Source: Deltaproteobacteria bacterium GWC2_65_14 (GTDB taxonomy: Bacteria > Desulfobacterota > Deferrimicrobia > Deferrimicrobiales > Deferrimicrobiaceae). Taken from it: a DNA stretch of 64,000 bases. This document shows positions 48,939 to 58,515 of the stretch, piece after piece (the stretch's first letter is position 1; each line of letters starts with the position of its first letter). The translations under genes were made by a program, and so were the position numbers. The DNA lies in NCBI GenBank assembly GCA_001797615.1, contig MGPV01000017.1, positions 50,019-114,018 of the forward strand, in the 5' to 3' direction. The notes beneath the pieces were generated by a model. That model was not told the origin of the DNA, did no database searches, and worked only from the letters and a program-made list of their open reading frames with translations.

Positions 48939-50377
48939 AAAAAGTCCTGATCGCCGACGACGACGAGAGCATCCGCTGGGTCCTCCAGAAGGCGGTCGCG
49001 GGGATGGGCTTTTCCCCCGACCTGGCGGAGGACGGAGACAAGGCACTCTCCCTGCTCACCCGGAACCGATACGCCGCGGCCTTCGTGGACATCAGGATGC
49101 CCGGCCTCGAGGGGATCGAGGTCCTCGAGAGGGTCCAGGCGAGGCAGTCCCCCACCCGCTTCTTCATCATGACGGCCGTCCGGCGGCCCGACGCGGCGGC
49201 CCGTTCCGCTCGCGCGGGAGCCTCGGAGTTCCTCACGAAGCCGTTCGACATCGCCCGCGTCGAGGAGCTGCTCCGGGACGTGGCGAAGGAGGCGGTCTCC
49301 CGGGAGCGTCCCTTCCGGACGGAGGATCCCGACGAGTGGAGGTCGGCCCGGATCGTGGGGCGGAGCCGGGCCATCCTGGAGGTCTTCCAGAACGTGGGGA
49401 AGGTGGCCGATACCGACGCGACCGTCCTGCTCCTGGGCGACCGCGGGGTCGGCAAGGAGCTCGTCGCCCGGTGCATCCACGACCTCGGCACTCCGGACGG
49501 CCCGTTCGTGGCGGTGAACTCCTCGGCGATCCCGAAGGAGCTCCAGGAGGCGGAGCTCTTCGGCTTCGAGAAGGGGTCCTTCACGGGGGCCGACGCGGCC
49601 CGCGAAGGGAAGCTGGAGGCTGCCGCGGGGGGGACCCTCTTCCTGGACGAGGTGGGGGACCTGCCGGCGGACCTCCAGGCGAAGCTCCTGCGCGTCCTCC
49701 AGGAGCGGGAGTTCGTCCGGATCGGATCGAACGCCACCCGGAAATTCCGCGGGCGGGTCCTCGCGTCGACGAACCGGGACCTGCGGAGGATGGTCGCCGA
49801 CGGGCGCTTCCGGGAGGACCTCTTCGACCGGCTGAACGTCTTCCCGATCCGGATCCCGCCCCTCTCGGAGAGGCGGGAGGATATCCCCCTGCTCGCGGAC
49901 TTCTTCCTCCAGAAATATTGCTCCCTCCTCTCCCGGCCCCCGCGCTCCTTTTCCCGGGAGGCGCTCGAGGAGATCTCCTCCCGCCCCTGGAAGGGGAATG
50001 TCCGGGAGCTGGAGAATTTCGTCCAGCGGCTGGCCGTGCTGTCCACGGGAAAGCTGCTCCGGAAGGACGAGGTCGCCCGGGAGCTCGCGAAGGGGGAGGG
50101 GGCCGTCGACCTCGCCACCGCCCCGCTGGAGCAGGTCATCGAGGAGCGAGTGCGGGAGTTCGTGAACCGGTTCGGGAAGGCGATCGACTCCGAGACCGGC
50201 CTCCACGACCTGTTTCTCCGGCAGATCGAGAAGCCGCTGATCCAGGTGGTGTTCGAGGCGACGGGAGGCAACCAGATCCGGACCGCCGCGATCCTGGGGA
50301 TCAACCGGAACACCCTGCGGAAGAAGCTGGCCGCCTATTCCCTGCTGCCGAAACCGCGGAAGCGGAAGAAACGGTGA
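48935..50377 (+). CDS. Sigma-54-dependent response regulator (NtrC family: REC plus AAA+ sigma54-activator plus Fis-type HTH).
   Basis: REC domain (KVLIADDDESIR...DIRMPGLEG), AAA+ Walker A GDRGVGKE, the GAFTGA-like loop ELFGFEKGSFTGA, and a C-terminal HTH (IRTAAILGINRNTLRKKL). It overlaps the kinase stop (ATGA). Confidence 0.9.
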   Translation: MKKVLIADDDESIRWVLQKAVAGMGFSPDLAEDGDKALSLLTRNRYAAAFVDIRMPGLEGIEVLERVQARQSPTRFFIMTAVRRPDAAARSARAGASEFLTKPFDIARVEELLRDVAKEAVSRERPFRTEDPDEWRSARIVGRSRAILEVFQNVGKVADTDATVLLLGDRGVGKELVARCIHDLGTPDGPFVAVNSSAIPKELQEAELFGFEKGSFTGADAAREGKLEAAAGGTLFLDEVGDLPADLQAKLLRVLQEREFVRIGSNATRKFRGRVLASTNRDLRRMVADGRFREDLFDRLNVFPIRIPPLSERREDIPLLADFFLQKYCSLLSRPPRSFSREALEEISSRPWKGNVRELENFVQRLAVLSTGKLLRKDEVARELAKGEGAVDLATAPLEQVIEERVREFVNRFGKAIDSETGLHDLFLRQIEKPLIQVVFEATGGNQIRTAAILGINRNTLRKKLAAYSLLPKPRKRKKR

Positions 50378-50390
50378 CCCGGAAGGGGCC

Positions 50391-53090
50391 CTACCCGTAC
50401 TCCTTCGCCAGATCCTCGAACCGGGTGTAGCGGGAGATGAAGGCGAGCTCCACGACCCCCATCGGGCCGTTGCGCTGCTTGCCGATGATCACCTCGGCCT
50501 TCCCCTTCTTTTCCTCCGGGGTGTCCTCCTTCTCGTACATCTCCTCCCGGTAGATGAAGAGGATCAGGTCTGAATCCTGTTCAATTGCCCCCGAATTGTG
50601 TGAAACGACTCCGTCCGCCAGCCAGGAGGAAGGACCCGGGACGGTCAGGTCGAATACCTCCTCGGCTCCGTCCGGCCGAAGATCCGTCACACGGTCCCAG
50701 AACAGGTCGCTGGAGGCGGACCGCAGCAGCGGCTCGTCGTCCAGGATATTCGCATATTCCGCCAGCAGGGTCCGCGACGGGGCGAAATCGAGCTGCCCGC
50801 CCCCTCCGTACGCGGTACCCCGGAGCGCCGCCATATCGCGATGGGAGATCCCCCGAGCCGCCATGGCCGCCTTCACCTGGAGGAACGCCTCTTTCGGCAA
50901 CGTGTCGACATTGGGGTTGGATTCCACGAAGGCCAGTTCATTCCACAGTTGGTCCGCGGGCGCCATGCGCGGTCCGAACGCCCCCACCGTCTCGAGGAAC
51001 CGCTTCTGCTGGTCGGCGTCGGACACATCCACGGTGTACACAGGTCGGTAGTTTCCCTTCCGCACGACCCGGATCCTTGCCACGATCCCAAGCCGCACCA
51101 GCAGCGCCGCCACGTCGAGGGCGAGCCCTTCGCTCGAGGTGCTGAAGTAGACCCGCGACGATCCCTTCGCCCCCCTCGGTCGACAGTAAATGCTCCCGTC
51201 CGTCGCCCACAAATGTCTCAACAACGACGAGACCTGCTCATTATCGAACCGAAAGATCTCGGCGGGGAGCCGCTTTTCGTGAGATCGATGCCCGAAGATC
51301 CCCAATTTTCGCAGCCAGCGATTCACCCCCGCAGGATGCCACCGGTTTCCGTTCCCCCTGATGAAAAGCTGGTGCCAGTTTCCGCGCCCGCGGTAGCGGG
51401 TCACCTTCACGCCGAACTCTCTTCGCGCCGCCCCTTCGACGGCGAGGCTGTTCTCTTCCGAAGCGGTTGTGTACCGAAGAGACTGCCCGATAAGATAACT
51501 GCCGTCCCCAACGAGATGCCCCAACAGGGCGATCCGGTCCTCCGGCCAACGGACCGTGTCCCTCGGCTCCGGAACGTGTCGCGCGATGGCTATCCTGTCC
51601 CCCGGTGCGAGATCCGCCACACGCACCCAGCCGTCGGAACCGAACAACCGATGGTCGGCCGTGGCGCGTATCGTGCGGCCGCTGGCCACGGTGACCCGGG
51701 TGACCGGCCTCTCCCCGACCGACCAGACGCAATCGCTTTTCGCGGGGACGATCCGTCCTTCCGGCGACATGGCCCAGACCTCCACCGGTTTCCCGACCAA
51801 GGACCGTATCGGCGCACGGCTTCCGTCGGTGGCGAGAACAAGCGTGTCTCCCGTCACGCACTCCCTCAGGTCCGCCAACTGGGGCCGCTTGTTCTCCCGG
51901 GACTCCACCCCCCGGTTCAGCTGGGAGATCGCGATGACCGGGACGTTGATCTCCTTCGCGAGCGCCTTGAGGGAGCGGGAGATCTCGGAGATCTCCTGCA
52001 CCCGGTTCTCGTAGCCGCCGCGCGAAGAGCCTCCCCGCATCAGCTGCAGGTAGTCGACGATGACCAGCCCGATGCCCCTGTCCTTCTTCAGGCGGCGCGC
52101 CTTCGCCCGCAGCTCGAGGGCGGTGAGCGCCCCGGAGTCGTCGGTGTAGACCGGCGCCTCGGAGAGCCTCCCCACGGAGGCGACGATCCGGTTGATCTCG
52201 TCCTGGGTCAGGTACCCCGTGCGCAGCCGCTGGAACTCGACCCGCGCCTCGGAGCAGATCATCCGCAGCGCGAGCTGCTGGCGGCTCATCTCGAGGGAGA
52301 AGATCGCCACCGGGACCTTGCTCCGGAGGGCGGCGTTCAGCGCGACGTTCAGGCAGAGGGCGGTCTTCCCCATCCCGGGGCGGGCGGCGACGACGATCAT
52401 GTCGGAATTCTGGAAGCCGGCGGTCTTCGCGTCGAGGTCCCGGAAGCCGGAGGGGATCCCGGTGATCATCTCCTTCTTCTCGTAGAGCTTCTCGATCTCC
52501 TTCATCGCCTCCTTGCTCATCTCGGACATCGAGTAGTAGGAGGGCTTGATCTTCTCTTCCGCGATCTCGAAGATCGCCTGCTCGGTCCGGTCGAGGAACT
52601 CGTCGAGCTCGGTCACCCCCTCGTAGGCGGAGGCGGCGATCTGCTGGGAGACCGCGATCGTCTTCCGCAGGATCGCCTTTTCCTTGACCAGCCGCGCGTA
52701 GTCCGCCGCGTTCGAGATGGTGGGCACGTTGTGGATCAGCTCGGAGAGGTAGGCGACTCCCCCCGCCTCCTTTTCCCCGCCGCGCCCCTTCAGCACATCG
52801 GCGATCGTGAGCGGGTCGATCGCCCGCCCGCGCTCGTAGAGCTCCAGCATCGCGGAAAACAGGTTCCGGTGGGCTCCCTGGTAGAAATCCTCCGGCCGGA
52901 GGATCTCCACCACGCCGTTCATCCGGTCGTTGTCCAGCAGGACGGCGGCGAGAACGGCCTGTTCCGCCTCCAGGCTGTGCGGGGGGACTTTCAGCAGGGG
53001 GACGTCCACCGCCGGATACGGGGGTACATGCGTTCCGCTCATCGGCACCTCCCTGCACTCCCCGCGGTCCGGTCGATGGACCGCGGCCAA
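50391..53090 (-). CDS. dnaB: Replicative DNA helicase DnaB containing an in-frame intein (899-aa precursor).
   Basis: The N-terminal DnaB domain and RecA-like helicase core (Walker A ARPGMGKTA; ISQLNRGVESRENKRPQLADLRE) are followed, after the intein, by the C-extein SGAIEQDSDLILFIYREEMY. The probable real start is MSGTHVPP. My hand count of homopolymer runs near the start disagrees with the ORF track; I defer to the track. Confidence 0.9.
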   Translation of the reverse strand: MAAVHRPDRGECREVPMSGTHVPPYPAVDVPLLKVPPHSLEAEQAVLAAVLLDNDRMNGVVEILRPEDFYQGAHRNLFSAMLELYERGRAIDPLTIADVLKGRGGEKEAGGVAYLSELIHNVPTISNAADYARLVKEKAILRKTIAVSQQIAASAYEGVTELDEFLDRTEQAIFEIAEEKIKPSYYSMSEMSKEAMKEIEKLYEKKEMITGIPSGFRDLDAKTAGFQNSDMIVVAARPGMGKTALCLNVALNAALRSKVPVAIFSLEMSRQQLALRMICSEARVEFQRLRTGYLTQDEINRIVASVGRLSEAPVYTDDSGALTALELRAKARRLKKDRGIGLVIVDYLQLMRGGSSRGGYENRVQEISEISRSLKALAKEINVPVIAISQLNRGVESRENKRPQLADLRECVTGDTLVLATDGSRAPIRSLVGKPVEVWAMSPEGRIVPAKSDCVWSVGERPVTRVTVASGRTIRATADHRLFGSDGWVRVADLAPGDRIAIARHVPEPRDTVRWPEDRIALLGHLVGDGSYLIGQSLRYTTASEENSLAVEGAARREFGVKVTRYRGRGNWHQLFIRGNGNRWHPAGVNRWLRKLGIFGHRSHEKRLPAEIFRFDNEQVSSLLRHLWATDGSIYCRPRGAKGSSRVYFSTSSEGLALDVAALLVRLGIVARIRVVRKGNYRPVYTVDVSDADQQKRFLETVGAFGPRMAPADQLWNELAFVESNPNVDTLPKEAFLQVKAAMAARGISHRDMAALRGTAYGGGGQLDFAPSRTLLAEYANILDDEPLLRSASSDLFWDRVTDLRPDGAEEVFDLTVPGPSSWLADGVVSHNSGAIEQDSDLILFIYREEMYEKEDTPEEKKGKAEVIIGKQRNGPMGVVELAFISRYTRFEDLAKEYG
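50595..51860 (-). mobile_element. DnaB intein (422 aa) with a LAGLIDADG homing-endonuclease domain.
   Basis: Begins CVTGDTLVLATDGS (block A). It has two LAGLIDADG-like motifs (LLGHLVGDGSY and LWATDGSIY) and ends ...VVSHN followed by the +1 Ser. The insertion is at the classic DnaB-b site (LRE/SGAIEQD). I checked that the Cys1 codon (TGC) sits at 51858-51860. Confidence 0.85.
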
Positions 53091-53142
53091 CCGGTTTCCG
53101 GAGAAGGCGCTTCGGCCGGGCGGCGCGCGCGCCGGGGCGGCG

Positions 53143-53592
53143 TCAGGCCGGTTCGGGCACCACGCGGATGGAAACCTCCGGAACGAGGTTTCCTCCCGCC
53201 TTGACCTTCACCCGGTAGTCCCCCACCTGCTTGATCGGCTCCTCCAGCAGGATCAGCCGGCGGTCGATCTCCACCCCGGACATCGCGAGGGCACCCGCGA
53301 TATCCCGGGAGGTGATCGCCCCGAAAAGCTTCCCCTCCTCCCCCGCCCTCGCCGGGATCGTCAGGGTCAGGGAGGACAGCTTCCCGCTCAGCGACTCGGC
53401 GGTCTTCCGGGTCTTCTTCGCACGGGCCTCGATCCCTCTCCGCTCGTGCTCGAGGGCCTTCAGGTTCCGCACGTCGGCCGGCACAGCCAGCTTCCTGGGG
53501 ATGAGGAAGTTCCGACCGTAGCCGTCGGCGACCTTGATGATGTCGCCGGCCTTCCCCAGCGTATCGACGTCTTCGCGCAGGATGACCTTCAT
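53143..53592 (-). CDS. rplI: 50S ribosomal protein L9.
   Basis: 149 aa beginning MKVILREDVDTLGKAGDIIKVADGYGRNFLIPRKLA, the canonical L9 N-terminus. Confidence 0.92.
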   Translation of the reverse strand: MKVILREDVDTLGKAGDIIKVADGYGRNFLIPRKLAVPADVRNLKALEHERRGIEARAKKTRKTAESLSGKLSSLTLTIPARAGEEGKLFGAITSRDIAGALAMSGVEIDRRLILLEEPIKQVGDYRVKVKAGGNLVPEVSIRVVPEPA

Positions 53593-53602
53593 CGGGCTCC
53601 CC

Positions 53603-53899
53603 CTACCGCACCTGCGTGGCGGTGAACGGGATCAGCGCCACGATGCGGGCCTTCTTGATCTCGACCGTCAGCTTCCGCTGGTGGGTCGCGCAGGTCCCCG
53701 TGATCCTCCGGGGGACGATCTTGCCGCGCTCGGAAACGAAGTGCTTGAGCATGTAGACGTTCTTGTAGTCGATCTGCAGCTCCTTCTCGGCGCAGAAACG
53801 GCAGAACTTCTTCCGGGTGTAGCGCCTCTTCGGGCCTCCCGGGGAGGACCCGGAGGACCGTCCGTACGGTGGACGGGGTTTCTTCATCGGGGTGCTCAT
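53603..53899 (-). CDS. rpsR: 30S ribosomal protein S18.
   Basis: 98 aa with ..[11 protein letters not shown]...[35 protein letters not shown].., the conserved S18 core. Confidence 0.92.
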   Translation of the reverse strand: MSTPMKKPRPPYGRSSGSSPGGPKRRYTRKKFCRFCAEKELQIDYKNVYMLKHFVSERGKIVPRRITGTCATHQRKLTVEIKKARIVALIPFTATQVR

Positions 53900-53943
53900 C
53901 GGTGCTCTCCTCCTGGACTGGTTCCTATTGTATCGTCAACCCG

Positions 53944-54345
53944 TTAAAACGGGATATCCTCGTCCTGCTCTTCCGCGGGGGTTCCCCCGCCTGTGTCCCC
54001 CTCGGCGGGGGCTCCTTTCGGGCCGCCGCCCAGGAACTGGACGATCCCGGCGACCACCTCGATCTTGCTCCTGCGGGTCCCCTCGGCCTCCCAGCGCCGC
54101 TGACGGAGCCTTCCCTCCACCAGCACCGGCCGTCCCTTCGAGAGGTACTCCGCGCAGTTCTCCCCCGTCTTCCCGAACGCGACAACGTCGAAGTAGGAGA
54201 CCTCCTCCTTCAGTTCGTTGTTCTGACGGTAGCGCGAGTTCACCGCGATGGAAAAGTTCGCCACCGGGGTGCCGGATGGCAGGTAGCGGATCTCCGGATC
54301 CCGGACGAGGTTGCCCGCCAGAATGACGCGGTTGAAGGTGACCAT
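53944..54345 (-). CDS. ssb: Single-stranded DNA-binding protein.
   Basis: 133 aa with an OB-fold start MVTFNRVILAGNLVRDPEIRYLPSGTPVANFSIAV, a Gly-rich tail and the acidic C-terminus DEDIPF. Confidence 0.92.
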   Translation of the reverse strand: MVTFNRVILAGNLVRDPEIRYLPSGTPVANFSIAVNSRYRQNNELKEEVSYFDVVAFGKTGENCAEYLSKGRPVLVEGRLRQRRWEAEGTRRSKIEVVAGIVQFLGGGPKGAPAEGDTGGGTPAEEQDEDIPF

Positions 54346-54360
54346 CCCTCCTCCTCTCCC

Positions 54361-54747
54361 TTACGCGGTGGAAGCCGGTTCCCCGGGCGCGGAGCCTTCC
54401 GGCTCCCCGGGCGCCGCCGGGGGGGTCTCCTCCACTCCCGCGGGGGGGGCGACCTTCGCCTCGATCTCCACGCGGGAGGTCAGGTAGCGGAGGATCCCGT
54501 CGAAGATCTTGAGGTTCCGCTCCACCTCCTCCACCACCCCCCGTTCCCCGGAGTAGACGAGGAAGGTGTAGTACCCGTTGCCCTTCTTCATGATCTGGTA
54601 GGCGAGCTTCCGGATTCCCCAGTCGTCCTGCTTGACTACCTCACCGCGGAACGAGGAAACCACCCCGCCCAGCTTGGCGAGGAATTCCTTGCGTCGCTCT
54701 TCGGGAAGTTCCGGGTCGAACAGAATGGCGGTTTCGTACTTCTGCAT
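54361..54747 (-). CDS. rpsF: 30S ribosomal protein S6.
   Basis: The real start is MQKYETAILFDPEL, with an acidic/Pro-rich C-terminal tail. The conserved rpsF-ssb-rpsR-rplI order supports the call. Confidence 0.88.
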   Translation of the reverse strand: MQKYETAILFDPELPEERRKEFLAKLGGVVSSFRGEVVKQDDWGIRKLAYQIMKKGNGYYTFLVYSGERGVVEEVERNLKIFDGILRYLTSRVEIEAKVAPPAGVEETPPAAPGEPEGSAPGEPASTA

Positions 54748-54826
54748 CGTGACGGCCTCCTTCCGGCTGATCGAGCCCCCGGACATGGCGCCGGGGGCAA
54801 GGAGTATGTTTTCCCTCCCCGCGGTC

Positions 54827-55453
54827 CTACGGGGGGGGTTCCTGGCGTTTCGCGTTCCAGCGGGTCATCGCCCGGTTAAAACCTTCCCTCGCGATGTCGC
54901 CGACCGCCTCCGCGGCCTCCGCGATCGCCCGGTCGAACCGCTCTTGCGATCCTTCCGGTACGCGGGCGAGGACATAGTCGGCCGGGTCCACCCCCTCGGG
55001 GGGCCTTCCGATCCCGATGCGGACCCTCAAAAACCCCGACGTTCCGAGCTCTTCCTCCAGGGAGCGCAAGCCCTTGTGCCCCCCGGTCCCCCCCCCGCGC
55101 TTGAGCCGTACGCTCCCGAGCGGCAGGTCGAGGTCGTCGTGGACGATCACGAGGTTCTCCGCCCCCTCCGCATGCCTCCGGTAGACGGGGGCCACGGCGA
55201 GGCCGGAGAGGTTCATCCAGGTCCGCGGCTTCCCGAGGAGGATCTCCGTCTCCTCCAGCAGGCCGATTCCGAACTCCGCCTCCCCGGCGGCGCGGCACCG
55301 GACCCCGATCCCTTTCGCGAGCAGGTCGACCGTGGCCTGCCCGGCGTTGTGGAGGGTTCCCGCGTACCGGCGGCCGGGATTTCCCAGCCCGAACACCAGG
55401 AAATCGGGGCGCCGCTCACTTCTCTTTTTCCGACTCCACCTGCTCGGCCACAC
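54827..55453 (-). CDS. pth: Peptidyl-tRNA hydrolase.
   Basis: FLVFGLGNPGRRYAGTLHNAGQ and ..VIVHDDLDLPLGSVRLKRGGGTGGHKGLRS.. are the Pth active-site motifs. The true start is probably internal to the track ORF, which overlaps the rplY 3' end by 38 nt. Confidence 0.85.
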   Translation of the reverse strand: MWPSRWSRKKRSERRPDFLVFGLGNPGRRYAGTLHNAGQATVDLLAKGIGVRCRAAGEAEFGIGLLEETEILLGKPRTWMNLSGLAVAPVYRRHAEGAENLVIVHDDLDLPLGSVRLKRGGGTGGHKGLRSLEEELGTSGFLRVRIGIGRPPEGVDPADYVLARVPEGSQERFDRAIAEAAEAVGDIAREGFNRAMTRWNAKRQEPPP

Positions 55454-56078
55454 TGGCGCCTTCCACGGCCTCCTCGCCCTCCACGGGCGCCACCGTCACG
55501 ACCTCCTCGACCCGCGGGGCGTGGACGGAGGCGACGGTCTGGGAGAGATCCTTCTCCATCGGGGAAACCCCCTCGGGGAAGACGATGTCCTCCATGTGGA
55601 GCGAATTGCCGATCTCCAGCGCCGAGACGTCCAGCTCGAGGAACTCCGGGACCATGGAGGGGACGCACTCCACCTCGATGTTGCGGACCACCTGCTCGAG
55701 GATCCCCCCCTGCTCGATCCCGGCCGCCTTTCCCTTGAGCCGCAGCGGAATGTCGACGCGGAACTTCTGCCCGAAGGCGACCTCGTAGAAATCGACGTGG
55801 ATCACCCGGTCGGTCACGGGGTCGGCCTGCACCTCCTTCAGGACGGTGTAGGCCTCCTTCTTCTCCTCCCCGTCCCGGATCTCCATCCGGACGACGACCG
55901 TCCCCCGGCGCGCCTTGGCGAGGAACTTCTCGAGCTCCCTGCGTTCGAACTCGATCGACCGCGTCTCCAGGTGCTTTCCGTAGACGACACCGGGCACCTT
56001 CCCCCGGGCGATCGTCTTCCGGTTGTTTCCCGTCCCGGCGGTCCGCCTCCGGTCCGCCGTCAACTCCACCATGGCCAT
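55416..56078 (-). CDS. rplY: 50S ribosomal protein L25 / general stress protein Ctc.
   Basis: 220 aa with an N-terminus (..RRTAGTGNNRKTIARGKVPGVVYG..) typical of L25/Ctc and an acidic C-terminal extension. Confidence 0.85.
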   Translation of the reverse strand: MAMVELTADRRRTAGTGNNRKTIARGKVPGVVYGKHLETRSIEFERRELEKFLAKARRGTVVVRMEIRDGEEKKEAYTVLKEVQADPVTDRVIHVDFYEVAFGQKFRVDIPLRLKGKAAGIEQGGILEQVVRNIEVECVPSMVPEFLELDVSALEIGNSLHMEDIVFPEGVSPMEKDLSQTVASVHAPRVEEVVTVAPVEGEEAVEGASVAEQVESEKEK

Positions 56079-56096
56079 TCCCGTTTCCTCCCGATC

Positions 56097-57032
56097 CTAT
56101 ACGAACAGCGAGCTCACCGAGTCGTTGCTGTGGATCCGCTTGATGGCCTCCCCGAGGAGCGCCGCCACCGACAGTACGCGGATCTTGCTGCAGGCGGCCT
56201 TCCCGCCCAGGGGGATCGTGTTCGTCACCACCAGCTCCTCGATGGAGGATTTCTCCAGCCGCTCGATCGCGGGGCCCGAAAGCACCGGGTGGGTGGCGCA
56301 GGCGAAGACCCGCTTCGCCCCGTTGCCGGAAAGGGCCCCCGCGGCCTGGACCATCGTCCCGGCCGTGTCCACCATGTCGTCGAGCAGGACGGCGGTCTTC
56401 CCTTCGACCTCCCCGATGATGTGCATCACCTGGGACTCGTTCGGGCCCGTACGCCGCTTGTCGATGATCGCCAGGCTGGCGTGCAGCCGCTTCGCGAAGG
56501 CCCGCGCCCGCTCCACTCCTCCCGCGTCGGGGGAGACGAAGACGATCTCCTCCCCGTAGCGGCTCCGGATATAGTCGAGCATCACCGGGGCCGCGTACAG
56601 GTGGTCCACGGGGATGTTGAAGAACCCCTGGATCTGCCCCGCGTGGAGGTCCATCGTCAGGATCCGGGAGACCCCCGCGGCGGTGATCAGGTCCGCCACC
56701 AGCTTCGCCGTGATCGGGGCCCGGGGAAGGACCTTCCGGTCCTGCCGCGCGTACCCGTAGTACGGGATCACCGCCGTCACCCGGTTCGCCGAGGAGCGCT
56801 TCAGGGCGTCCATCAGGATGAGCAGCTCGACCAGGTGGTCGTTCACCGGGGGGCAGGTCGGCTGGAGGAGGAACACGTCCGCCCCCCGGACATTCTCCCC
56901 GATGTCTACGTTCATTTCCCCGTCGCTGAACCGCTTGACCACCGCGGCCCCCAGCGGGACCGAGAGGTAGGCGCAGATCTCGCGCGCAAGCTCTAAGTTC
57001 GCGTTCCCGGAGAAAATCTTCAGCCGTGTCAA
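56097..57032 (-). CDS. prs: Ribose-phosphate pyrophosphokinase.
   Basis: 311 aa with [32 protein letters not shown] and the PRPP-binding loop [12 protein letters not shown]. Confidence 0.92.
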   Translation of the reverse strand: MTRLKIFSGNANLELAREICAYLSVPLGAAVVKRFSDGEMNVDIGENVRGADVFLLQPTCPPVNDHLVELLILMDALKRSSANRVTAVIPYYGYARQDRKVLPRAPITAKLVADLITAAGVSRILTMDLHAGQIQGFFNIPVDHLYAAPVMLDYIRSRYGEEIVFVSPDAGGVERARAFAKRLHASLAIIDKRRTGPNESQVMHIIGEVEGKTAVLLDDMVDTAGTMVQAAGALSGNGAKRVFACATHPVLSGPAIERLEKSSIEELVVTNTIPLGGKAACSKIRVLSVAALLGEAIKRIHSNDSVSSLFV

Positions 57033-57118
57033 CCCGCTTCCCCTGTCCGGAGAAATCCTGCCGTGGAAGAAATAGACATTATACCGGCCGTCCCCGGGAA
57101 GGCAAGAGAAAACAAATC

Positions 57119-57192
57119 TGGCTGGGAGGGAAGGGGTCGAACCTTCATCGGGGGCTCCAAAGGCCCCTGTCCTGCCGTTAGACGACCTCCCA
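57119..57192 (-). tRNA. tRNA-Gln (anticodon UUG).
   Basis: The reverse complement TGGGAGGTCGTCTAACGGCAGGACAGGGGCCTTTGGAGCCCCCGATGAAGGTTCGACCCCTTCCCTCCCAGCCA has a U1:A72 pair and discriminator G73 as in bacterial tRNA-Gln. The anticodon stem GGGGC/GCCCC carries the loop CUUUGGA, the T-loop is TTCGACC, and CCA is encoded. It lies between spoVG and prs. Confidence 0.8.
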
Positions 57193-57211
57193 GCCTGCCG
57201 GTCGGTTCATC

Positions 57212-57496
57212 CTACCGGGCGACGGCCACCCCGTCAAGGCGGCGGGTCTCCCGCTCGTACTCCCCGAGAACCGCCTCCTCGATCATCCGGCGCGTCTCGT
57301 TGTTCAGCGGATGCGCCGTGTCGCGGTAGGTGCCGTCCTTCTTCTTCTTGCTGGGCATCGCCACGAACAGGCCGCTGTTCCCGTGGATGATCTTCAGGTC
57401 CCGGACCACGAAGCAGTCGTCGAACACGATCGTGGCGTACGCCTTCAGCTTTTCGTCGTCGTTCACCGGAAAGACCTTGACCTCGGTCAGCCGCAT
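57212..57496 (-). CDS. spoVG: Septation protein SpoVG.
   Basis: MRLTEVKVFPVNDDEKLKAYATIVFDDCFVVRDLKIIHGNSGLFVAMPS.. is nearly invariant across SpoVG. The upstream 31 aa of the track ORF is excluded. Confidence 0.88.
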   Translation of the reverse strand: MRLTEVKVFPVNDDEKLKAYATIVFDDCFVVRDLKIIHGNSGLFVAMPSKKKKDGTYRDTAHPLNNETRRMIEEAVLGEYERETRRLDGVAVAR

Positions 57497-57518
57497 CTCC
57501 CTCTCCTCCCTTGCCCTC

Positions 57519-58373
57519 TTAGATGTTCCGGACGACGAACAGGCGTCTCCCCTCCCCCTTCGCCAGCTCCCCCTCCGCCCTGCGCGCATCCTCGCTCCGG
57601 GCGAACAGCCCGTATACCGCCGACCCGCTCCCGGTCAGGGCCGCCGCCTTCGCCCCCGCTCCGAGCAGTTCCTCCTTGATCCCCCCGATCTCCGGGCGGT
57701 CCGCTCCCCAGGACTCCTCGAAATCGTTCCCCACGGCAGCCACCACATCCTCCCAGCTGCGGAAGGAGGGGGTCCGATCCCCCGCGGGCGGATCGCCGGG
57801 AGGGCGCCCGAGCCTGGCGTACCCTTCCGCCGTCGGAAGGCCGAAGGAAGGCTTCACGATCAGGGCATGGAAGGGCACCCTCCACTCGACCGGCGTCAGG
57901 CGGTCGCCGATTCCTTGGGCGAGCGCCGGCACCCCCACCAGGGTGAAAAAAGGGACGTCCGCCCCCACTTCGGCCGCCATGGAGAGCAGGGTCTGCGCGG
58001 GAGGGGTCCTCCCCGTGAGCGCGGAAAGCCCCTTCAGCGTCGCGGCGGCGTCGGAACTCCCCCCCCCGAGCCCCGCCTCGAGAGGGATCCTCTTGGTCAC
58101 CCGCACGCGCGCCCCCCCGCCGTTCCCCGCCCAAGCGAGAAAACGGGCGGCGGCCCGGTGGCAGAGGTTCTCCTCCCCCGGCGGGACGTCCGGGTCGTCG
58201 GTCTCCACCTCGATCCCCGACGGGATCTCCTCCACGGTCACCTCGTCGTAGAGGGTGACCGGGACCATCACCGAGCGGACGTGGTGGTACCCGTCCGGGC
58301 GTTTTCCGAACACCCGCAGGGTTATGTTCAGCTTGGCCGGGGCAAGGAAGGAAATCCCGTTCGTTGCAGTCAC
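57519..58373 (-). CDS. ispE: 4-diphosphocytidyl-2-C-methyl-D-erythritol kinase (GHMP family).
   Basis: 284 aa with LAPAKLNITLRVFGKRPDGYHHV and KRIPLEAGLGGGSSDAAATL. It sits in the conserved ispE-spoVG-prs-ctc-pth neighbourhood. Confidence 0.85.
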   Translation of the reverse strand: MTATNGISFLAPAKLNITLRVFGKRPDGYHHVRSVMVPVTLYDEVTVEEIPSGIEVETDDPDVPPGEENLCHRAAARFLAWAGNGGGARVRVTKRIPLEAGLGGGSSDAAATLKGLSALTGRTPPAQTLLSMAAEVGADVPFFTLVGVPALAQGIGDRLTPVEWRVPFHALIVKPSFGLPTAEGYARLGRPPGDPPAGDRTPSFRSWEDVVAAVGNDFEESWGADRPEIGGIKEELLGAGAKAAALTGSGSAVYGLFARSEDARRAEGELAKGEGRRLFVVRNI

Positions 58374-58515
58374 GCGCAGCCCATATCAAACGCTGTTTTT
58401 TTTACGCTACCGCCCGGAGGAGCCTTTGTCAAGCGTTGGGAACAACCTTGTGTTGGGAACAACCTTGTTGCGAACAACCTTCGGGAACAGGATGGCGGCG
58501 GGCAGGGATCGCTTG

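Noticed and set aside
57119-57195. An apparent 10-bp terminal stem (GGCTGGGAGG/CCTCCCAGCC) that suggests a non-canonical tRNA-like element.
   Set aside because: Re-parsing shows a canonical 74-nt tRNA-Gln(UUG) starting at U1. The extra GGC is the 5' leader, which pairs with the discriminator-CC as is common in pre-tRNAs.
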